Assembly: GCF_037013405.1 (NCBI RefSeq)
Contig: NZ_CP146064.1
Span: forward strand, 330,001 to 362,000
DNA: 32,000 nucleotides
Origin: Candidatus Nanosynbacter sp. BB002
Lineage (GTDB): Bacteria > Patescibacteriota > Saccharimonadia > Saccharimonadales > Saccharimonadaceae
Direction: 5' to 3'
The first letter of the stretch is position 1; every line of letters starts with the position of its first letter. The translations under genes and the position numbers were made by a program. Below are positions 27,065-32,000 of this stretch, piece after piece. The notes below the pieces were generated by a model, which was given only the letters and a program-made list of their open reading frames with translations, ran no database searches and was not told the DNA's origin.

Positions 27065-27205
27065 TTAACCCTGCCTTTGCTTATTCTTAGGTTTTTTCTT
27101 GTTGATGACGCGCAGTCTGGCGATACGCTTGCCCTTTTTACGGCCAACGCGGCGCACGAGTACGTCATCGGGACTGATTTTTCTAACACTTGCACGAACT
27201 TTCAT
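27065..27205 (-). CDS. rpmJ: 50S ribosomal protein L36, Cys-less variant (46 aa; below the ORF-track size cutoff)
   Basis: My manual translation is [46 protein letters not shown]. The L36 termini are conserved (MKVRASV...KQRQG). GGGAGA Shine-Dalgarno sequence. It occupies the canonical slot between infA and rpsM. Confidence 0.8.
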   Translation of the reverse strand: MKVRASVRKISPDDVLVRRVGRKKGKRIARLRVINKKKPKNKQRQG

Positions 27206-27259
27206 AAAGTGCGTAAATCTCCCTTCCCGAGTAAACCCGAGATTAACGTTAATATTTGA

Positions 27260-27505
27260 CTAGCGACCCTGGTGAGGTCGGTCGTCGCGTAGGCGGAAGC
27301 TGATTCGTCCCTTTGTCAGATCGTAAGGGGTCATCTCAACTTCAACCTTATCACCAGGCACCAGGCGAATATAGTGCTTGCGCATTCGTCCTGAAATGTG
27401 CGCGATGATACTATGGCCATTCTCCAGTTCCACCTTAAATTGAGTATTAGGCAGTGCTTCCACTACCTTACCGATCATTTTGATGACTTCCTTTTGACTC
27501 GCCAT
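27260..27505 (-). CDS. infA: Translation initiation factor IF-1 (short C-terminal extension)
   Basis: [57 protein letters not shown] is canonical IF-1. Confidence 0.95.
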   Translation of the reverse strand: MASQKEVIKMIGKVVEALPNTQFKVELENGHSIIAHISGRMRKHYIRLVPGDKVEVEMTPYDLTKGRISFRLRDDRPHQGR

Positions 27506-27520
27506 AAGTTACAGTTGTCA

Positions 27521-27549
27521 ATTATACAGCACGCAGCGCAGTTTGGCAA
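27521..27549 (-). promoter_or_regulatory. infA promoter TTGCCA-17-TATAAT
   Basis: -35 at 27544-27549 and -10 at 27521-27526, read on the minus strand. It lies in mid-GC backbone DNA 12 nt outside the left island repeat. Confidence 0.5.
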
Positions 27550-27561
27550 GAGGTATTTTCG

Positions 27562-27596
27562 TAAATTTATGTGCTATATGTATTATCTCACAACAT
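27562..27596 (+). repeat. Left island junction: repeat A (17 nt, 27562-27578) fused to repeat B (21 nt, 27576-27596)
   Basis: A is taaatttatgtgctata and B is atatgtattatctcacaacat. Both recur identically, in direct orientation but swapped order, at 30518-30562. Confidence 0.85.
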
Positions 27597-27700
27597 TTCT
27601 TAGAATAGACTTTTTAAGTTTTTTTATATCATTTCTACAAGTTTGTAAATTGCTATTTATAAATTATAATATTGTAAACTTCAACCTATTTTTTAAAATT

Positions 27701-29929
27701 CTATTTAACTTTAAAAAATTTCAATCTTAAAGCATTACCCAAAACAGATACTGAACTAAATGACATTGCAAAAGCCGCTATCATCGGATCCAATTTTGGT
27801 CCATTGAAAAATGCATAAAATATTCCAGCGGCAAATGGTATTCCAAGTACGTTATAAAAGAATGCCCAAAATAGATTTTCCTTTATATTTGTGATTGTTG
27901 CTTTACTTAATGCTATTGAACCCGCAACATCTCTCAAATCGTTTCTAATTAAGACGATATCAGCGGATTCTATAGCAACATCCGTTCCATTTCCTATCGC
28001 AATTCCAACGTTTGCTTGAGCAAGTGCTGGTGAATCGTTAATTCCGTCTCCAACCATTGCAACAAATTCATCTTTTTCCTGAAGTTCCTTTACTTTTTGA
28101 GATTTCTGATAAGGCAGCACTTCTGAAATTACATCATCTATTCCCACTTGTTTTGCGATAAATTTGGCAGTTTTTTCGTTATCCCCAGTTAGCATTACTG
28201 TCTTGATTCCCATTTTTTTCAGTTTTTCTATAGCTTCCTTGCTTGTTTCCTTGATAACGTCTGCAACTGCAACAAGTCCCGCCAATTCGTTATCAATCGA
28301 AATGTACATTGGCGTTTTTCCTTCATTCAACAAAATATCATAATCTTTTTGAGAAATTTCCACATTGATTTTTCGATTTTCCATCAATTTTCTATTTCCA
28401 ATTTGAACTTCCTTGCCTTCAAATGTTGCACGAATACCGTAACCTGGCATTGCCCTAAATTTTTCATACGGCTTAATTTCAATATTTTTCTCTTTTGCTT
28501 TGTTTACGATTGCTTCTGCCAATAGATGCTCTGAATCATTTTCCACACTTGCAGCAATTTTTAACAATTCATTTTCATTATATTTCCCATAAGCAATCAA
28601 ATTAGTAAGTATAGGTTTTCCTTTCGTAATCGTACCAGTCTTGTCAAATACAACTGTTTTTATTTTGTATGCTGTTTCAAGAGCTTCCCCGCTTTTTATA
28701 ATAATACCGTTTTCAGCCCCTTTTCCAGTCCCAACCATTATTGATGTAGGTGTTGCAAGTCCCAATGCACACGGACACGCAATTACAAGTACAGCGATGA
28801 AAAACGACACTGCAGTAACCAATCCACTTCCACTTAGAAACCAAGCAGTTCCTGTAATTATCGCAATCCCAATAACAATCGGCACAAAATATGCTGACAC
28901 AATGTCTGCCATTCGAGAAATCGGAGCCTTTGACCCCTGTGCCTCCTCAACCAGCTTTATAATTTGTGACAAAACTGTATTTTTACCAATTTCAGTCGCC
29001 TCAAATCTGATACTTCCATTTTTATTTATACTTCCGCCAACAACCTTATCTCCAACTTTTTTGCTTACTGGCAAACTTTCTCCTGTCAACATTGACTCAT
29101 CAACAGAAGTCGCCCCTTCCACAATTCTTCCATCCACCGCAATTTTTTCTCCCGGCTTCACAATAACAATATCTCCAACTTTCAAGTTTCCAATCAGAAC
29201 TTCCTTTTCCGCTCCATTTTCAATAATTTTAGCCTTTTTAGGTTGAAGTCCGATAAGTTTTTTTATTGCCGATGAAGTTTGACCTTTTGTTTTTGCCTCC
29301 AGCAGTTTTCCAAACAAGATTAACGTAATAATTGCACCAGCCGACTCATAATATAAATCCATATGTGCTTCAGGGTCTACAATTACAATTCCAAAAGTTG
29401 CGTAAATTCCATAGAGTACCGCCGCCGTTGACCCAATAGCAATTAATGAATCCATTGTTGGAGATTTTCTTACTAAATTTTTAAATCCATGTGAAAAAAA
29501 ATCTCTCCCAGCATAAATAATAGGCAAAGTCAACACAAACTGTGCCAACGCAAAATTAAGCGGATTTACCTTAGGATTCAAAAATTCAGGAAGTACTGCC
29601 CCAAGCATATGCCCCATCGAAATATACAAAAGTGGAACAACAAAAATAACTGCTAAAATTAATCGATTTTTCAAACTTGTTATTTTTTCTTGATAAAGTT
29701 CCACCTTTTTATCTTCTGTCATATCCTCAGCCAGTCCATACCCAGCCGACTCCACTATTTCCCTAATTTTATCAAAATTGTACTTCTTCTCATCATATTC
29801 AATATTCAATTTTTCAGTTGCAAAATTAACTGAAGCGTTAATATCATTATTTTTATTAAGTGCCTTTTCCACAGTATTGGCACAAGATGCACAGCTCATT
29901 CCAGTTACTGTATAGTTTTTTTCTGCCAT
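27701..29929 (-). CDS. copA: Copper(I)-translocating P1B-type ATPase CopA
   Basis: One N-terminal HMA domain (GMSCASC), the TGES actuator motif, the CPC transmembrane motif ([11 protein letters not shown]), the DKTGT phosphorylation site and [10 protein letters not shown]. The start at MAEKNY has GGAGG 8 nt upstream. Confidence 0.95.
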   Translation of the reverse strand: MAEKNYTVTGMSCASCANTVEKALNKNNDINASVNFATEKLNIEYDEKKYNFDKIREIVESAGYGLAEDMTEDKKVELYQEKITSLKNRLILAVIFVVPLLYISMGHMLGAVLPEFLNPKVNPLNFALAQFVLTLPIIYAGRDFFSHGFKNLVRKSPTMDSLIAIGSTAAVLYGIYATFGIVIVDPEAHMDLYYESAGAIITLILFGKLLEAKTKGQTSSAIKKLIGLQPKKAKIIENGAEKEVLIGNLKVGDIVIVKPGEKIAVDGRIVEGATSVDESMLTGESLPVSKKVGDKVVGGSINKNGSIRFEATEIGKNTVLSQIIKLVEEAQGSKAPISRMADIVSAYFVPIVIGIAIITGTAWFLSGSGLVTAVSFFIAVLVIACPCALGLATPTSIMVGTGKGAENGIIIKSGEALETAYKIKTVVFDKTGTITKGKPILTNLIAYGKYNENELLKIAASVENDSEHLLAEAIVNKAKEKNIEIKPYEKFRAMPGYGIRATFEGKEVQIGNRKLMENRKINVEISQKDYDILLNEGKTPMYISIDNELAGLVAVADVIKETSKEAIEKLKKMGIKTVMLTGDNEKTAKFIAKQVGIDDVISEVLPYQKSQKVKELQEKDEFVAMVGDGINDSPALAQANVGIAIGNGTDVAIESADIVLIRNDLRDVAGSIALSKATITNIKENLFWAFFYNVLGIPFAAGIFYAFFNGPKLDPMIAAFAMSFSSVSVLGNALRLKFFKVK

Positions 29930-29962
29930 AATCTTTTCCTCCTTCATTTAGCACACTATATC

Positions 29963-30430
29963 TTAAATATGCTTATGTCCGCTATGTTCGCAATTACACT
30001 GCCCCTCCACACAATCACACAAAACTTCTCCCATAGCCGTTTTCCTCTTTTCCTCAACAGCCTTTAAAATCAAATCCAAGTCGTCAAAACTCAGTTCACT
30101 GTTCTCAATAACTTTCCCTATCATTTCTCCAACTTTCGTTTTACAAATTTTATCAAAAGTTCCTAATATATAACTGTTAGCAACTTCCTTTTCTGTAAAA
30201 TCTGTCGAATAAATATACTTGTTCCCAATTTCCTTCTTTTTCAAAATATTCTTTTTCAGCAGCCGATTCAACAGCGCCTTTATTGTAGCCTGTTTCCAGT
30301 TCATTTTCTCACAAAGCACCTCTGCCACAAACTTGCTCGTAACTTCGCTATTTGCCCACACAACTCGCATTACTTCCCATTCTGCATCGGTTATATGCTG
30401 TTTTTTATCGATTCTGCAATTTTCTTTCAC
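29963..30430 (-). CDS. copY: CopY/TcrY-type copper-responsive repressor (BlaI/MecI winged-helix family)
   Basis: The N-terminal winged helix (ITDAEWEVMRVVW...ATIKALLNRLLKK) is BlaI-like. The C-terminal CDCVEGQCNC fits the CxCx4CxC Cu/Zn site of CopY. GTG start 7 nt after AAGGAGG. Confidence 0.88.
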   Translation of the reverse strand: MKENCRIDKKQHITDAEWEVMRVVWANSEVTSKFVAEVLCEKMNWKQATIKALLNRLLKKNILKKKEIGNKYIYSTDFTEKEVANSYILGTFDKICKTKVGEMIGKVIENSELSFDDLDLILKAVEEKRKTAMGEVLCDCVEGQCNCEHSGHKHI

Positions 30431-30450
30431 ATTCTTACCTCCTTTAATGT

Positions 30451-30493
30451 TTACGTTTGTAATCTTTTTACATTATATAGTTTACAACAGTAA
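30451..30493 (-). promoter_or_regulatory. copY-copA promoter with two degenerate cop-box operators flanking a TATAAT -10
   Basis: On the minus strand, TACTGTTGTA lies within 30482-30493 and TACAAACGTA within 30451-30462. Each has one mismatch to TACAnnTGTA. They bracket the TATAAT at 30472-30477. Confidence 0.6.
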
Positions 30494-30517
30494 TCGTTTT
30501 TTGTATAGTCTTGTCAC

Positions 30518-30562
30518 ATATGTATTATCTCACAACATATTTCCATAAATTTATGTGCTATA
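30518..30562 (+). repeat. Right island junction: repeat B (30518-30538), 7-nt spacer, repeat A (30546-30562)
   Basis: Exact copies of the 21-nt and 17-nt segments found at 27562-27596. Confidence 0.85.
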
Positions 30563-30564
30563 CT
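30556..30564 (+). promoter_or_regulatory. Extended -10 TGCTATACT for the 30595 gene, partly inside repeat A
   Basis: This is the backbone-style TGnTATAMT box. AAGGA Shine-Dalgarno sequence at 30585-30589. ATG at 30595. Confidence 0.4.
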
Positions 30565-30594
30565 TGAGCTATCAAATTTAACATAAGGATTTTT

Positions 30595-31176
30595 ATGGCA
30601 AGTACGAAAAATCGAACAAACTCTCAAACAAAAAAATCACAAGTTGAGCTGCTGGTGCCCGTTTTGATTGGTGTGATAGCAGTGTTGATGCTGATTGTTG
30701 GTTGTTTGGTGTGGAAATTGAACTGTCAATCACCACACAAACCATACGCAGCGACGGAAAAGATTGGCAGCGGCTTCGTGAGTTTGGGCTCATTGGGCTT
30801 TCGTTTTGAGGGAAATAAGGCGATCGCTCGGCACGACGCGTCCGTAAAAGAAATTCGTGAGTTTCTGAAAAAAGAAAATGAGCGATCAGGTTGCAAAGAT
30901 AACAATGGTGCGGTCAGCGTGATTGCGTATTCTCAAGACGAAAAACAATTACTATTAGGCTTTGGTTGTGGCAACACGCTCGCGCGGATGTTTGCAGTAA
31001 AGAAAGACGATGGTTGGAAAGCAATTTCACCAACAAATCAGTTTAACTTGTTTGAGGTTCCAAGCTGTAAAATGACTGATGAAAATAATATCAGCAAGGA
31101 AATCGCACCGGTTTGCCAGAATGAAAGTCGCGCTGCAGAGAATGCTCCCCTGACTTATTCTTACAGAGTACGTTAG
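30595..31176 (+). CDS. Hypothetical single-pass membrane protein with a Cys-containing extracytoplasmic domain
   Basis: 193-aa ORF with a basic N-terminus, one TM helix (LLVPVLIGVIAVLMLIVGCLVW) and 6 Cys residues after the helix. No family recognised. Confidence 0.6.
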   Translation: MASTKNRTNSQTKKSQVELLVPVLIGVIAVLMLIVGCLVWKLNCQSPHKPYAATEKIGSGFVSLGSLGFRFEGNKAIARHDASVKEIREFLKKENERSGCKDNNGAVSVIAYSQDEKQLLLGFGCGNTLARMFAVKKDDGWKAISPTNQFNLFEVPSCKMTDENNISKEIAPVCQNESRAAENAPLTYSYRVR

Positions 31177-31195
31177 TCTCGGTATTGTACCAAAT

Positions 31196-31222
31196 AAAAA
31201 TCCCCGTTTCGTGCGGGGATTT
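31196..31222. terminator. Bidirectional terminator between the 30595 gene and secY
   Basis: aaaaatccccg / cggggattt stem with a 7-nt loop. It lies between convergent genes. Confidence 0.75.
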
Positions 31223-31228
31223 AGTGTA

Positions 31229-32000
31229 TTATTTTTTGCGGAGCAATCGCCGTTTTTTTGGTTTATCGCTTGCCAAATCGTCGGCATCAAAGTCATCGTA
31301 GGTTACCATCAGTGCGCGCGAGCTGATTTGGCGGATGGATTCGAGCGCTACGGAGACGATAATCAAGATACCGGTACCACCGATTGATAAGCGAGTGCCG
31401 GTCAGCCCCGTGATGTGATAGATCAGATATTCAGCGACGAACGGCAAGATGGCGACCACGCCAAGTGCCAATGAGCCGAACAAGACCAAACGGTTGACGG
31501 TGCGGCGGAGGTATTCTTCGGTTTGCTTGCCTGGGCGAATGCCTTCAATGAAGCCGCCCTGTTTTTGCAAGCCTTCGGAGATTTCGGTGGCGTCAAAGCT
31601 AAAGCCAGTGTAGAAGTATGTGAAAGCGATGACTAAGATGAAGTACAGGACAGGATAGATGAAGGCTTCAGCGGTGCTGCCGGTAAAGCTGCCTGGGTTT
31701 GGTGCTTGGAACCAGGTGATCAGTGTGTTTGCTAGTGATTGCAACCCTTCGTTATCAGAGGCTTTCATGATTTGACCGATGAACTGTGGCAGACTCAAGA
31801 AAGCCACGGCGAAAATGACCGGGATCACACCAGCGGCGATTAGTTTGACTGGCAGGATGCTTTTGATGCCGCCGTAGTTACTGTTACCGTGGACACGCTT
31901 GGCGTAGTTGATAGTGATAACACGCTGTGCTTCGTTGATCTTCACGAGGAAGTACAGGACGATTAACATCATGAGCAAGAGGAAGAATACTATCCAGAAC
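31229..32000 (-). CDS. secY: Preprotein translocase SecY, C-terminal part (gene continues past the right edge)
   Basis: SecY C-terminal TM segments are present (GGFIEGIRPGKQTEEYL, GGTGILIIVSVALE). The frame is still open at 32000. The tail is unusually charged (DDFDADDLASDKPKKRRLLRKK). Confidence 0.9.
   Translation of the reverse strand, partial: FWIVFFLLLMMLIVLYFLVKINEAQRVITINYAKRVHGNSNYGGIKSILPVKLIAAGVIPVIFAVAFLSLPQFIGQIMKASDNEGLQSLANTLITWFQAPNPGSFTGSTAEAFIYPVLYFILVIAFTYFYTGFSFDATEISEGLQKQGGFIEGIRPGKQTEEYLRRTVNRLVLFGSLALGVVAILPFVAEYLIYHITGLTGTRLSIGGTGILIIVSVALESIRQISSRALMVTYDDFDADDLASDKPKKRRLLRKK

Larger units (their letters stand above)
27562..30562 (-). mobile_element. Low-GC copY-copA copper-resistance cassette (putative horizontally acquired island, no recombinase gene)
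   Basis: GC is about 20-35% per 60-nt line, against about 45-57% in the flanks. Both genes have strong GGAGG Shine-Dalgarno sequences, unlike the leaderless backbone genes. The segment is bounded by direct repeats. Confidence 0.7.

Noticed and set aside
26950-27195. 81-aa minus-strand track ORF overlapping the rpsM start and the rpmJ region
   Set aside because: It is in a different frame from both rpsM and the L36 reading frame, and L36 explains this interval.
28641-29246. 201-aa plus-strand ORF inside copA (and 30219-30548 + inside copY)
   Set aside because: It is antisense to well-supported genes. AT-rich DNA antisense to a membrane-protein gene gives long Ile/Phe/Ser-rich pseudo-ORFs.
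27597-30517. Search for an integrase, transposase, terminal inverted repeats or a tRNA attachment site belonging to the low-GC island
   Set aside because: Only copA and copY fit in the interval. There is no recombinase-sized ORF in any frame and no inverted terminal repeats. It therefore cannot be called an IS, transposon or typical integrative element.
31229-31978. Treating Met at 31978 as the SecY start
   Set aside because: The sequence from that Met is the C-terminal half of SecY and the frame remains open to position 32000. The gene is truncated by the window edge.

Overview
The window has three compositional blocks. (1) Positions 1-930 are about 60-65% GC by eye and hold the 5' part of a minus-strand gene for a secreted Cna/MSCRAMM-like adhesin. 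This gene is missing from the ORF track because it has no stop inside the window. (2) Positions ~950-27550 and ~30580-32000 are a mid-GC housekeeping backbone (roughly 45-55% GC). It carries a fragmented secE-nusG-rplK-rplA cluster, eno, tsaC, a PAS histidine kinase, a P-loop kinase/DUF45 peptidase pair and a GT4-GH57 pair. It also carries rpmG, an LPXTG surface protein, yajQ, four tRNAs (Trp, Thr-GGU, Tyr, Thr-UGU) and holB-rluD-trpS-rsmB-like-hydrolase. The backbone continues with rpsI-rplM-rplQ-rpoA-rpsD-rpsK-rpsM-rpmJ-infA and ends with the 3' end of secY. (3) Positions ~27562-30562 are a ~3 kb cassette at about 30% GC that encodes a CopY repressor and a CopA Cu(I) P-type ATPase. It sits between secY and infA, is bracketed by nested direct repeats and contains no recombinase. 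The main hunt results are these two compositionally foreign segments and a recurrent promoter architecture in which a TGnTATAMT -10 box lies 6-7 nt from the ATG, which implies leaderless mRNAs. Further results are a Cys-less L36, an L1 with a long N-terminal extension, and degenerate cop-box operators. Compact gene packing, the sortase substrate and the extended ribosomal proteins suggest a small-genome monoderm, possibly a Saccharibacteria/CPR-like episymbiont. That taxonomic guess is inference only. No rRNA, CRISPR array, transposase or integrase was seen.
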